This document shows positions 22,359 to 31,915 of a stretch of 64,000 nucleotides of DNA, piece by piece. The notes under the pieces are model-generated. The model had not been told where the DNA came from. It worked only from the letters and a program-made list of their open reading frames with translations, and ran no database searches. Each line of letters begins with the position of its first letter. Within the stretch, counting starts at the first letter, position 1. A program made the translations under genes and the position numbers. Source of the stretch: an uncultured Actinomycetes bacterium (lineage in GTDB: Bacteria; Actinomycetota; Thermoleophilia; Gaiellales; JAICJC01); the NCBI GenBank assembly GCA_963703275.1, contig OY969804.1:211154-275153 (forward strand), written 5' to 3'.

Positions 22359-23579
22359 ATGCGGGTACTGATCCTGTCCGCTCCTGTCGGTGCGGGTCAC
22401 GACGCTGCTGCTCGCGGTGTCGCGGCCGAGTTGCGCGCGCGCGGCGCCGAGGTTGAGATTGACGACGGATTGGCGTTGATCGGGCGCGGCGTGCACGCGC
22501 TCGTGGTCGACGGCTACCACTGCCAGATCGAACATGCAGCCTGGTCATGGCGGCTGCTGTACCGCGCCACCCGCTCGCGCCGGCTGATCAGGCTCTTCGG
22601 GGCGGCCCTGGCGATCAGGGGCGGGCGGAGGCTGCTCGAGCGGATCGACGAGAACGACTACGACCACGTCGTGTCCGCGTATCCGGTGGTCTCGATGGTG
22701 CTGGCGCGCCTGCGCCGCACCGGCCGCCTGCGGGTGCCGTGCTGCGCGCTCGTCACCGACTTCGACCCCCACCCGGCCTGGGTGCACCCCGAGCTCGACG
22801 ACAACCTCGGCGTGGGCCGTGCCTGCGTCGCGGGCATGCGTGCGGTGCGGCCACCCGTGCCGATGCTGCCCATCGACTCCACCGTGCGGCCGTGGATGCG
22901 GCGGCGCATGGGAGTCGCCCCCGGCGAGCGGGCGGTGCTGATCGTCGGCGGCGCATGGGGTGTCGGGAACCTGCAGGGCGCCGCCCGTGCGGTGGCGGCC
23001 GTCCCCGGTCTGCGACCCGTTGTCGTCGCCGGTCACAACAGCGGCCTGGAGCGGCGGCTCGGCCAGGACGAGCAGCTCCGCGACGCGGTGGTGTTCGGGT
23101 TCACCGACCTCATGCCCGCGCTCATGTCCGCGTGCGACGTCCTGGTTGCGAACGCCGGCGGGCTGACGTGCCTGGAGGCGTTTGCGGCCAGGCTGCCCGT
23201 GGTGATGTTCGAGCCGTTGCCCGGCCACGGAGAGGACAACAGCCGGCACATGGAGCGCGCGGGCATCGTCACCCGGGCGAACAGCGCCCGCGACCTCGGC
23301 GACCTCCTCACCGGTCCGGCGTTCTGGGAGCAGACGGGCCCGGTGACGGCGTCGGCCGCCCACTCACTGTTTGACCGCCCGTGCACCGCGGACTGCCTGT
23401 ACGACCTGGAACCGGTCACATGTCCCAACCGCGCCCTCGTCCGTGCGCGGCGTGTCTTTGCCGTGGCCGCCGCGGTGGCGGCGCTCGGCATGACCGACCG
23501 CATCGCCGATGCGGTCGCGGCGGGCCCCGTGCAGGCGCACCAGCAGGCGCCAATCATGCGTACATGGGACGGCCACTAG
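22359..23579 (+). CDS. MGDG-synthase / UgtP-like GT28 glycosyltransferase
   Basis: SAPVGAGHD, LVTDFDPHPAWVHP, GFTDLMPALM, AGGLTCLEA, PGHGEDNS. Confidence 0.85.
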   Translation: MRVLILSAPVGAGHDAAARGVAAELRARGAEVEIDDGLALIGRGVHALVVDGYHCQIEHAAWSWRLLYRATRSRRLIRLFGAALAIRGGRRLLERIDENDYDHVVSAYPVVSMVLARLRRTGRLRVPCCALVTDFDPHPAWVHPELDDNLGVGRACVAGMRAVRPPVPMLPIDSTVRPWMRRRMGVAPGERAVLIVGGAWGVGNLQGAARAVAAVPGLRPVVVAGHNSGLERRLGQDEQLRDAVVFGFTDLMPALMSACDVLVANAGGLTCLEAFAARLPVVMFEPLPGHGEDNSRHMERAGIVTRANSARDLGDLLTGPAFWEQTGPVTASAAHSLFDRPCTADCLYDLEPVTCPNRALVRARRVFAVAAAVAALGMTDRIADAVAAGPVQAHQQAPIMRTWDGH

Positions 23580-24271
23580 TCAAGCTCGCGGCGGCCGCGG
23601 CGATCGCGTATGCGTCGCCCGGCCTCGCGGCGGTGGGTCGGCTGCGCTACCCGGGCGTTGTCCGGCGCGTTCCGGGGGTCACGCGAGCGGTCGCGCTCAC
23701 GTTCGACGACGGTCCGCATGCCGAGGGCACGCCCGCGGTGCTGGCCGCACTCGAGCGGCTTGGGATGTCGGCGACGTTCTATGTGGTGAGCGCGCAGGCG
23801 CGGCGGCATCCCCAGCTGCTGCGGGACGTGGCCGCCGCCGGGCACGAGCTCGCCCTGCACGGCGGCCGCCACCTGCCACACGGGCTGGTGCCGCCGTTTG
23901 TGCTCGAACGCGAACTGGCCGCTGCGCGGGCCGAGATCGAGGAGCTCGCAGCGTGCGAGCTGCGGACGCTGCGCTCGCCATTCGGCGCCGTCAGCCTGTC
24001 GACGCTTCGGTTCGCGTCGCGCGGCGGGTTGCGCGTGGTGGGCTGGTCGCGGTGGGGGCGCGACTGGGAGCCGCGGGCGGCGCCCGCGGCCATCGCCCGG
24101 CGGGTGGCCGGCGGCGCCGTGGCCGGCGACATCCTGCTGCTGCACGACTCCGACGCCTACTCGGCGGCCGGGTCGTGGCGGCGAACGGCCGAGGCCCTTC
24201 CGGCTGTTGCCGAGCTGCTCGCCGCACGGGGGCTGCGGGCCGTGACGGTCGGGGAGCTGCTCAGCACCTGA
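23564..24271 (+). CDS. NodB/CE4 polysaccharide deacetylase
   Basis: LTFDDGP, HELALHGGRH, RSPFG, LLLHD; overlaps the GT 3' end. Confidence 0.88.
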   Translation: MGRPLVKLAAAAAIAYASPGLAAVGRLRYPGVVRRVPGVTRAVALTFDDGPHAEGTPAVLAALERLGMSATFYVVSAQARRHPQLLRDVAAAGHELALHGGRHLPHGLVPPFVLERELAAARAEIEELAACELRTLRSPFGAVSLSTLRFASRGGLRVVGWSRWGRDWEPRAAPAAIARRVAGGAVAGDILLLHDSDAYSAAGSWRRTAEALPAVAELLAARGLRAVTVGELLST

Positions 24272-24272
24272 C

Positions 24273-24719
24273 TCAGTCCAGGTCGACCGCCATCACGGTG
24301 AGCTCCCGGCCCCACTCTGAGGTGGCGGTGCGCACCGGCCGGCCGCCCATCCGCGTGTAGAAGCCGTGCGCATTCGGCTCGGCCTCCCACTCCATGACGG
24401 CTGCGCCGAGCGCCACCGCCCGACCACTCGCGTACCGGAAGAGCCGGGAGCCCACACCGGCGCGCATCGATCCCGGCTCGACCCAGAGATGCTCGAGAAT
24501 GCTGACGCCGCCGGTGGGGGGCAGCACCTCGGTCCAGCCGATCACCCGGCCGCCGGCCTCCACGACCGCCGTCTCGCTGTTTCGGATCCGCGCGGGTGAC
24601 AGGTCGAGTCCCGCAGCCCAGGCCTCAACCTGTGCGGTTGGGTAGCCCCAGTGAGCCTTGGCGGCGATCGTGATCGCGCGCAGCCGCTCGCCCTCGTCGG
24701 GCCGGGCCGCTCGGATCAG
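24273..24719 (-). CDS. GNAT family N-acetyltransferase (start uncertain, possibly CTG)
   Basis: IRAARPDE...HLWVEPGSMRAGVGSRL...NAHGFYTRMGG. Confidence 0.8.
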   Translation of the reverse strand: MIRAARPDEGERLRAITIAAKAHWGYPTAQVEAWAAGLDLSPARIRNSETAVVEAGGRVIGWTEVLPPTGGVSILEHLWVEPGSMRAGVGSRLFRYASGRAVALGAAVMEWEAEPNAHGFYTRMGGRPVRTATSEWGRELTVMAVDLD

Positions 24720-25642
24720 TGCGCGACCGCCCGCGATCCGCCCTCGGCAGCCAGCCGCTGCTCCTCGGCGCGGTAGCTCGAGCGCACCAGCGGCCCGGCG
24801 AAGACCGAGCCGAAGCCCATCTCCTCGCCCTGCTCGCGGTACCGGCGGAACTGCTGCGGCGTGACCCAGCGGTGCAGCGGCAGGTGGCGCTCGGTCGGCT
24901 GCAGGTACTGCCCGATCGTGACCACGTCGACCCGGTGCGCGCGCAGGTCGCGCATGACCTCCTCGACGTCCGCGTCGCTCTCGCCCATGCCCACGATGAT
25001 GCCCGACTTGGTCAGGAGCGGCGGCCGGGCCGGGTGGAGGGCGGCCCACACGTCCTTGGCCCGGTCGAGCAGGTCGAGCGCCTTGCGGTAGTCGCCCTTC
25101 GGCCGCACGCGCCGGTACAGGTGCTCGGCCGTCTCGATGTTGTGGTTGAACACGTCGGGCGCCGCCTCGAGCACCGTTCGCAGCGACTGCTCGCGGAAGC
25201 CGAGGAAGTCGGGCACCAGCACCTCGATGCCGCAGTCGGGGTTGGCGCGGCGGACGGCCCGGATCGTGGCGGCAAAGTGCCCGGCGCCGCGATCGGGCAG
25301 GTCGTCGCGGTCGACCGAGGTGACGACGACGTGGCGCAGCCCCATCCGCTGCACGGTGCGGGCGACCCGCAGGGGCTCGAGCGGCTCCGGCGCCGTCTCG
25401 GGCCGGCCCGACGTCACGGCGCAGTAGCGGCAGGCGCGGGTGCAGACGTCGCCCATGATCTGGAACGTCGCCGTGCCGCGCCCCCAGCACTCGCCGATGT
25501 TGGGGCAGCGCGCCTCCTCGCAGACCGTGTGCAGGCCGCCCTCGCGCATCAGCCCGCGCAGCTCGTTGAACCGGCCGTTGCCCGAGGGCGCGCGGACGGT
25601 CATCCACTCCGGTCGCGTGCGCGAGAGCTCAGACCAGGGCAT
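24716..25642 (-). CDS. lipA: Lipoyl synthase
   Basis: TVCEEARCPNIGEC, CTRACRYC, FNHNIET, VRSSYRA. Confidence 0.95.
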   Translation of the reverse strand: MPWSELSRTRPEWMTVRAPSGNGRFNELRGLMREGGLHTVCEEARCPNIGECWGRGTATFQIMGDVCTRACRYCAVTSGRPETAPEPLEPLRVARTVQRMGLRHVVVTSVDRDDLPDRGAGHFAATIRAVRRANPDCGIEVLVPDFLGFREQSLRTVLEAAPDVFNHNIETAEHLYRRVRPKGDYRKALDLLDRAKDVWAALHPARPPLLTKSGIIVGMGESDADVEEVMRDLRAHRVDVVTIGQYLQPTERHLPLHRWVTPQQFRRYREQGEEMGFGSVFAGPLVRSSYRAEEQRLAAEGGSRAVAH

Positions 25643-26315
25643 GGCCGTCCACGGGCAGTCGCTCGAGCTCCAGGTCGAACTCCTCGCAGAGTGCCCGCAG
25701 GAGCGGCTCGCGCACCTCGTCCGTCGTGACCGCCCGGCCGGTCTCGGCGGCGATCGACGTGAACCGCGCCCCCAGGCCGCAGGCGTCAAACAGGTCGTAG
25801 ACGCCGAGGTCGAGGTCGACGTTGATCGCAAGCCCGTGGCTCGTGACCCAGCGGGCGCAGCGCACTCCGATCGAGGCGATCTTGCGATCGTCCACCCACA
25901 CGCCGCTTCGGTGTGGCTGGTCCACCACCCGCCCCTCGATCCCGAACTCGGCGAGAGTGGCCAGGATCGTCCGCTCCAGGCCGCGCACGTACCGGCGCAG
26001 GTCGCGCCCGCGCGGCGTGAGGTCGAGCACGGGATAGCACACGAGCTGGCCTGGGCCGTGATAGGTCGAGCGCCCGCCGCGGGGCACCTCGACGATCTCG
26101 ATGCCGCGGTCGCCGTAGTCGGCGTCGGGCAGCGGGAGCTCATCGGCCCGTACGGCAAGCGACCCGAGCGTGATCACCGGCTCGTGGACGAGCAGCATCA
26201 CCGTATCGGGGATCGCCTGTTGCGAGCGGGCGGCCGCCAGCTCCTGCTGGACGCGCAGCGCCGCGTCGTAGGGCGTGAGCCCCGGCAGGTCGTACAGGTA
26301 CGCGCCGTCTGCCAT
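25629..26315 (-). CDS. lipB: Lipoyl(octanoyl) transferase
   Basis: RGGRSTYHGPGQLVCYP, KIASIG, HGLAIN. Confidence 0.93.
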   Translation of the reverse strand: MADGAYLYDLPGLTPYDAALRVQQELAAARSQQAIPDTVMLLVHEPVITLGSLAVRADELPLPDADYGDRGIEIVEVPRGGRSTYHGPGQLVCYPVLDLTPRGRDLRRYVRGLERTILATLAEFGIEGRVVDQPHRSGVWVDDRKIASIGVRCARWVTSHGLAINVDLDLGVYDLFDACGLGARFTSIAAETGRAVTTDEVREPLLRALCEEFDLELERLPVDGHALV

Positions 26316-26322
26316 CTACCCG

Positions 26323-27748
26323 CTACAGGCCAAACGCCTGCTCGTCCCAGGTCTCCAGGTTCTGCTTCACCTGGGCCATGAACTGGGCCGCGTACGCCCC
26401 GTCCACCAGCCGGTGGTCGTAGGAGAGGCACAGGAACATCATGTGGCGGATGGCGATGGCGTCGTTGCCGTGCGCATCGGTGACGACGACCGGCCGCTTG
26501 ACGATCGCCTCCACGTCGAGGATCGCCACCTGGCCCTCGGGAATGATGGGCGTGCCGATCAGGGCGCCGAAGACGCCGGGGTTCGTGATCGTGAACGTGC
26601 CGCCGCTCATCTCGTCGGGCGAGAGCGTCTTCGTGCGCGCCTTGTCGGCGAGTTCGAGCACGGCACGGGACAGGCCGACCAGGTTCTTCTCCTCGGCCGC
26701 GTGGATCACGGGCACCATCAGGCCCTTGGCGTCGTCAACCGCCACGGCCATGCCCAGGTTCACGTACTTCTTGATCAGCGCGGTCTCGCCGTTCACCTCG
26801 GCGTTCACCCACGGCCAGCGGCCGATGGCGTCGATCGTCGCGCGAGCCACGAAGGGGACGTAGGTGAGGTTGACGCCGTAGCGCTGCTGGTACTCGGGCT
26901 TCCACTTCTTGCGCAGGTTGACGATGCCGGTCATGTCGACCTCGATCACCGTCGTCACCTGCGCCGCGGTCTCGAGCGAGTGGCGCATGTGGCGCGCGAT
27001 CACCTTGCGAATGGTGTTGAAGCGGTAGAGCTCCTCGCCCGGCCCGGCCTCGCCGGGGACATCGACGGTCGCGGGGGCGGAGGCGGCGGCGACCACGGGT
27101 GCCGGAGCGGATGCGGGCGCGGCCGGCTCCCCCGGAGCCTCGGGTGCGGGCGGCGCGAAGTGGGGTACGTCGTGCACCTCGGCGGGCGCCGCGGCCGGCT
27201 CGGCCGGGGCACCGTGCTCGATGTACTGCTGCACGTCCTTCTTGGTGACGCGCCCGCCACGGCCCGTGCCGGGGATCGCGCTCGACGTCGAGGCCATGCT
27301 CGGCCACCATGCGCGCCACGACCGGGCTCACAAACGTCCGCCCATCGCCGTTGTGTCCGTTCCCAGCGGCAGGCGGAGCCGCGGGCGCGACCTCGGCGGG
27401 CGCCGGCGGCGCATCCGCAGGAGCGGGTGGGGCGGCGGGGGCGGCGGCCTCCGGCTCCGGGGACGCAACCTCGCCACCGTTCCCGCCACCATCGCCGCCG
27501 ACCTCGATGACCGCGATCCGCGTGTTGACCGGCACGGTCTCGCCCTCGGCCGCGAACAGCTCCTTCACCACGCCGCTGGCCGGAGAGGGCACCTCGGTGT
27601 CGACCTTGTCGGTCGAGATCTCGAGCAGGGTCTCGTCGGCCTCGATGGTGTCGCCCGACGGCTTTCGCAGCCAGCGGGTGACCGTGCCCTCGGACACGCT
27701 GACGCCCATCTGGGGCATGACGACATCGACGAGTGTTCCGGTTGCCAT
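26323..27748 (-). CDS. 2-oxoacid dehydrogenase E2 dihydrolipoamide acyltransferase (one apparent indel near 27280)
   Basis: Lipoyl domain EISTDKVDTEVPSP, E3-binding SPVVARM...GTGRGGRVTKKD, catalytic LSYDHRLVDG. Confidence 0.92.
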
Positions 27749-27770
27749 GTGGGTCAGCTCCTCGTGGTCA

Positions 27771-28751
27771 TCAGTAGGCGGACAGCTTCTCGAGCGCGGC
27801 GACGACGTCGGCGACCTGGGGCAGGAACGCCTTCTCGAGCGCTGGGGCGAACGGTACCGGGGTATCCGGTGCAGTGACGCGGACGACGGGGCCGTCGAGC
27901 TCCTCGAACGCCTCCTCGGCGATCGTGGCGGCGATCTCGGCGCCGAAGCCGGACGTGTGGGTGTCCTCGTGCAGCACGATCACCTTGGAGGTCTTCGCGC
28001 ACCGACTCCAGCACCGCCTGCTTGTCCCACGGCATGACCGTCCGCAGGTCGACGATCTCGACCGACGTGCCGTCCTTCTCGGCGATGGCCTCGGCGGCCT
28101 CCTCGGCCGTGTAGACCATCGCGCCCTAGGTGACGATGGTGAGGTCGGTGCCCTCGCGGTGGATGCGGGCCTGGCCGAACTCGACGGTGTGCTCGCTCGT
28201 CGGGCACCTCGCCCTTGATCCGCCGGTACAGGTGCTTGTGCTCGAAGTAGAGCACCGGATTGGGATCGTGGATCGCCTGGATCAGCAGGCCCTTGGCGTC
28301 GGCCGGGGTGGCCGGGCACACGCATCTTGAGCCCCGGGCAGTGGGCGAAGAAGCCCTCCGGGTTCTGCGAGTGGAACGGGCCGCCGGAGAAGCCGCCGCC
28401 CGACGGCAGGCGCACGACGATCGGCACCGGGGTGCCGACCCGGTAGTGCTGCTTGGCGGCGACGGTCACGAGTTGGTCGAACGCGCACGAGACGAAGTCG
28501 GCGAACTGCATCTCGCACACGGGCCGCATGCCCATGAGCGCGGCCCCGGTGCACGATCCGACGATCGCGGTCTCCGAGAGCGGCGAGTCGATCACGCGAT
28601 CCTCGCCGAACTCCTCCAGGAAGCCCTGCGTGACCTTGAACGCGCCGCCGTAGACGCCGATGTCCTCGCCGATCAGGAAGACGCGCGAGTCGCGCCGCAT
28701 CTCCTCGCGGAGGCCGTCGGAGATCGCCTGCAGGTATGTCTTTGTGGCCAC
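27771..28751 (-). CDS. 2-oxoacid dehydrogenase E1 beta subunit (apparent frameshifts)
   Basis: [41 protein letters not shown]. Confidence 0.9.
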   Translation of the reverse strand: MATKTYLQAISDGLREEMRRDSRVFLIGEDIGVYGGAFKVTQGFLEEFGEDRVIDSPLSETAIVGSCTGAALMGMRPVCEMQFADFVSCAFDQLVTVAAKQHYRVGTPVPIVVRLPSGGGFSGGPFHSQNPEGFFAHCPGLKMRVPGHPGRRQGPADPGDPRSQSGALLRAQAPVPADQGRGARRASTPSSSARPASTARAPTSPSSPRARWSTRPRRPPRPSPRRTARRSRSSTCGRSCRGTSRRCWSRCAKTSKVIVLHEDTHTSGFGAEIAATIAEEAFEELDGPVVRVTAPDTPVPFAPALEKAFLPQVADVVAALEKLSAY

Positions 28752-28760
28752 GTGACCTCG

Positions 28761-29807
28761 CTAGCGGTGATGGGGGTGTCGAGCTCGTCGGGCTCGGCGT
28801 AGACGCCGTTCCCAAGCTCGGACGGCTCGGGCAGAGGGCTGTCGTCGGCCCGCTTCATGGCCTCGTTCAGAAGCCGCTTCACGTCGACGTTGATCTCGTC
28901 GTCGCGCACCTCGTCCAGCACCGCCTGCTCTTTCAGCCAGCGCCGGTAGCGCTCGATCGGGTCCTTCTTGGCGTAGGCCTCGAGCAGCTCGCGGGGGACG
29001 TAGAACGCGTCGTCGTGGACGGCGTGGCCCTCCATCCGCAGCGTCACCAGCTCGAGCAGGGTGGGGCCGCCGCCGGAGCGCGCGCGCTCGATCGCGGCGT
29101 GGGCCTCGCGGTACACGGTGAGCACGTCGGTGCCGTCGACCACGACGCCCTCGAACCCGTAGGCGGCGGCGCGATCGGCCAGGTGGTCGATGCCGAACTC
29201 GGACCGGTTGGGCGTCGAGTAGGCGTACTGGTTGTTGTCGAAGATGAAGACCACGGGCAGCCGGTGCACCGCGGCGAGGTTCATCGCCTCGTGGGCGTCG
29301 CCGCGGGCCATGGCGCCCGTCGCCGCTCCAGGCCACCGCCACCCGCGGTTCGCGCCGGATCTTGAAGGCCAGGGCGCAGCCCACCGCGACGGGCATCAGC
29401 GCGGGCAGATGGCTGACCATGGCGATCAACCCGAGGCGGATGTCGGCCATGTGGACGTTGCCGTCCTTGCCGGCCGCGAGGCCGTCGCGCCGGCCCATGT
29501 ACTGGGCCAGGATCCGCCACGGCTCGATGCCGCGGGTGATGTGGACGCCCATGTCGCGCTGGATGGGGGTGCCGACGTCGTCGGCGCGCATGGCGGTCGC
29601 CACGCCCACCGCCGCGCCCTCGTTGCCGCGGCCGGTGTAGAAGCTGCCCGGGATCTTGCCCTGGCGATACAGAATGTGGCCGCGCTCCTCGATCCCGCGC
29701 GTCATCAACATGTTGCGGTAGATGGTGAGGAGGTCCTCACGGTCGAGATCCGCCTCTTTGATGTCCGCCGCCGAGGAGACCGGCGTCGCTTCACGGGCTA
29801 CCGCCAT
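28761..29807 (-). CDS. 2-oxoacid dehydrogenase E1 alpha subunit (apparent frameshifts)
   Basis: SFYTGRGNEG, TPP motif WSGDG...NNQYAYST, RMEGHAVHDD. Confidence 0.9.
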   Translation of the reverse strand: MAVAREATPVSSAADIKEADLDREDLLTIYRNMLMTRGIEERGHILYRQGKIPGSFYTGRGNEGAAVGVATAMRADDVGTPIQRDMGVHITRGIEPWRILAQYMGRRDGLAAGKDGNVHMADIRLGLIAMVSHLPALMPVAVGCALAFKIRREPRVAVAWSGDGRHGPRRRPRGDEPRRGAPAARGLHLRQQPVRLLDAQPVRVRHRPPGRSRRRLRVRGRRGRRHRRAHRVPRGPRRDRARALRRRPHPARAGDAADGGPRRPRRRVLRPPRAARGLRQEGPDRALPALAERAGGAGRGARRRDQRRREAASERGHEAGRRQPSARAVRAWERRLRRARRARHPHHR

Positions 29808-29894
29808 GCTTCGACGCAGTCTATCGGGTGCCGGCGACGGGTCACATCACCCGAACGTGGCACGGCCCGGCGGGGCCTGTGCAAGAATCGACCC

Positions 29895-30209
29895 GTGGGG
29901 TACGACCGCAGTCGCGCGCTCGGAGACCGGTGCGGCTTTTGCCTGCGATGCGGGTGGGGGCGCCGGTTCATGGCACCGCACGCCGACACGCTGCCGGCCA
30001 CCTGCCCCGACTGCGGCGGCGAGGTGATCACCGCCTGCCCCGGCTGCGGGGCCGGGATCTTCTCGCTGATGGCCCTCACCTGTGCCGAGTGCGGCGCCGA
30101 GCTGAGGCCGGCACGGCTCTTCGGCGAGGACATCCGCCGCAAGCCGGAGCGCCACCGCCGGCTTGACGCGCGCGTGCCGGCCCGCGATAACGAGAGAGAA
30201 GCTTCGTGA
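29895..30209 (+). CDS. Small double zinc-ribbon protein
   Basis: 104 aa with four CxxC motifs (CLRC, CPDC, CPGC, CAEC); GTGA overlap with the next gene. Confidence 0.7.
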   Translation: MGYDRSRALGDRCGFCLRCGWGRRFMAPHADTLPATCPDCGGEVITACPGCGAGIFSLMALTCAECGAELRPARLFGEDIRRKPERHRRLDARVPARDNEREAS

Positions 30210-30850
30210 GCCTGGCGATCACCCTCCCCATTCTGGTTCTCGCGGTGGGAGCCCTGGTCGCCGCCACCCTCGTGGCGCTCCGAGAGCACCGCCGCGCCGC
30301 CGGCCTTGCCGACGAGCTTTCGGCCGCCCGCACCGAGGCCACCCTGCTCGAACGGCGCGACGATCACACCGGCCTCTTCAACAGCCGCTTCTTCGTCGAG
30401 TCGCTGACCCGCGAGATCGAGCGGGCCCGCACCTACGACCGTCCGGTTGCGCTGGCGCTTGCGAGCGTGGATGACGTCGCCCCCGACGAGGTGGAGGCGT
30501 CCATGCGCACGCTGGGAGCGGCGATCGGCGGCAGCGTGCGCGCGCTCGACGTGGCCTGCCGCGTGGGCACCACCGAGTTCGGCGTGATCATGCCCGAGAC
30601 CGACAGCCGGTCGGCGTCGGTCGCCTCCGAGCGCGTGTTGCGGGCCATCGCCCGCGCCCGCACCGAGGGCGGCTCGACACCCCAGGCCGCCGTCGGCATC
30701 GCGGCATGTCCGGCCCACGCGGAGTCCTTCGACGAGCTGGTCGAGCGGGCCGGCTCGGCGCTTCGCAGCGCCCGCCGTGCCGTCCGCGCCGAGCCCGTGA
30801 AGCCGGGCACTGTCCCGGTCGCGATGGCCGTCTGGGACGACGAGGACTAG
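30206..30850 (+). CDS. Membrane-anchored degenerate GGDEF-domain protein
   Basis: N-terminal TM helix, DDHTGLFNSR, RALDVACRVGTTEF (RxxD I-site, GTTEF instead of GG[D/E]EF). Confidence 0.85.
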   Translation: MSLAITLPILVLAVGALVAATLVALREHRRAAGLADELSAARTEATLLERRDDHTGLFNSRFFVESLTREIERARTYDRPVALALASVDDVAPDEVEASMRTLGAAIGGSVRALDVACRVGTTEFGVIMPETDSRSASVASERVLRAIARARTEGGSTPQAAVGIAACPAHAESFDELVERAGSALRSARRAVRAEPVKPGTVPVAMAVWDDED

Positions 30851-30856
30851 CCCGGC

Positions 30857-31510
30857 GTGCAGGAGCTTGCCGGTGGTCTGTGGTGGTGGACTGCGCGGCA
30901 CCCCGAGTGGCACCCGGGCACCTTCGGGGCCAGGGTCGGCTGCTACGCGTTCGCCGCACCGGGCCGCACCGTGGTGGTCGACCCGCTCGCGCCGGCCGGC
31001 GACGACGAGTTCTGGCCACGGCTGGACGGGATCGTCTCGGGTGACGTCGTCGTGGTGATCACGATCCCCTACCACGTCCGCAGCGCCGAGGCCGTGTGCG
31101 CCCGCTATCCGGGCGCGACCGTCTGGGGCCATCGCAACGCCGCCAAGCGCCTGGAGAATCGGGCGATCTTCCGCGAGCTCGCGCCCGGGGCGGAGCCCGC
31201 CGGGGTGCGCGCGTTTGCGATCGGCAGGCCGCGCCGCTCGGAGATGCCGCTTCTGGTCGAGTCGCACGGAGCGCTCGTGTTCGGCGACGCGGTGGTCGCC
31301 ACCGAGACGGGCCTGCGGGTCTGGTCGACCGACCCGGTCGACGCGCGCCGCCGGCGCTGGTACGCGGACAGGTTCATGCCGACCCTCCAGCCGCTGCTTG
31401 CCGAGAACTTCGACCGCGTCGCGGTGACCCACGGCCAGCCGGTCGTGAGCGGCGGCCACCGGGCGCTCGCAGACGCGCTCGACCAGCCGCCCTGGTACCA
31501 CCGGGGCTAA
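30857..31510 (+). CDS. Hypothetical MBL-fold-like protein
   Basis: VVVDP, TIPYH, VFGDAV, VTHG; lacks HxHxDH. Confidence 0.65.
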   Translation: MQELAGGLWWWTARHPEWHPGTFGARVGCYAFAAPGRTVVVDPLAPAGDDEFWPRLDGIVSGDVVVVITIPYHVRSAEAVCARYPGATVWGHRNAAKRLENRAIFRELAPGAEPAGVRAFAIGRPRRSEMPLLVESHGALVFGDAVVATETGLRVWSTDPVDARRRRWYADRFMPTLQPLLAENFDRVAVTHGQPVVSGGHRALADALDQPPWYHRG

Positions 31511-31869
31511 GCGCGAATCTCGGAGAAGTGGATCACGGTGACCGTGGCGTCCTCGGTCACCTCGCGGTTGTAGAGCTGCCCCAGGAAGTGCGTGAACTCG
31601 TCGATGTGGCGGATCTCCGGGTTGTCGTGCTGGATCTCGCGCGGCGAGACCTCGTGCAGCGGCTTCACCTCGACCTTGTCGATCACGGCGTCGAAGACCT
31701 TTTCGCGCACGCCGAAGCGCTGCCCGACCAGCACGGACACCACCTGGCCCTTCTTGTACTTGCCGGTCTTGTCCCCCAGGCGGATCGTCGCGGTCTTCCT
31801 GCGGTGGCGGAGTTGATCGACGACCACCGGGGAGTAGAAGTTGAGCGCGTTCACAGCCGTGCGCATCAT
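31507..31869 (-). CDS. ASCH/PUA-like domain protein
   Basis: KTATIRLGD...YKKGQVV; 120 aa. Confidence 0.75.
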   Translation of the reverse strand: MMRTAVNALNFYSPVVVDQLRHRRKTATIRLGDKTGKYKKGQVVSVLVGQRFGVREKVFDAVIDKVEVKPLHEVSPREIQHDNPEIRHIDEFTHFLGQLYNREVTEDATVTVIHFSEIRA

Positions 31870-31915
31870 ATCGACCGGTCCACCCGGGCGAGATCCCCGC
31901 GCTAGGGTCGCACCG

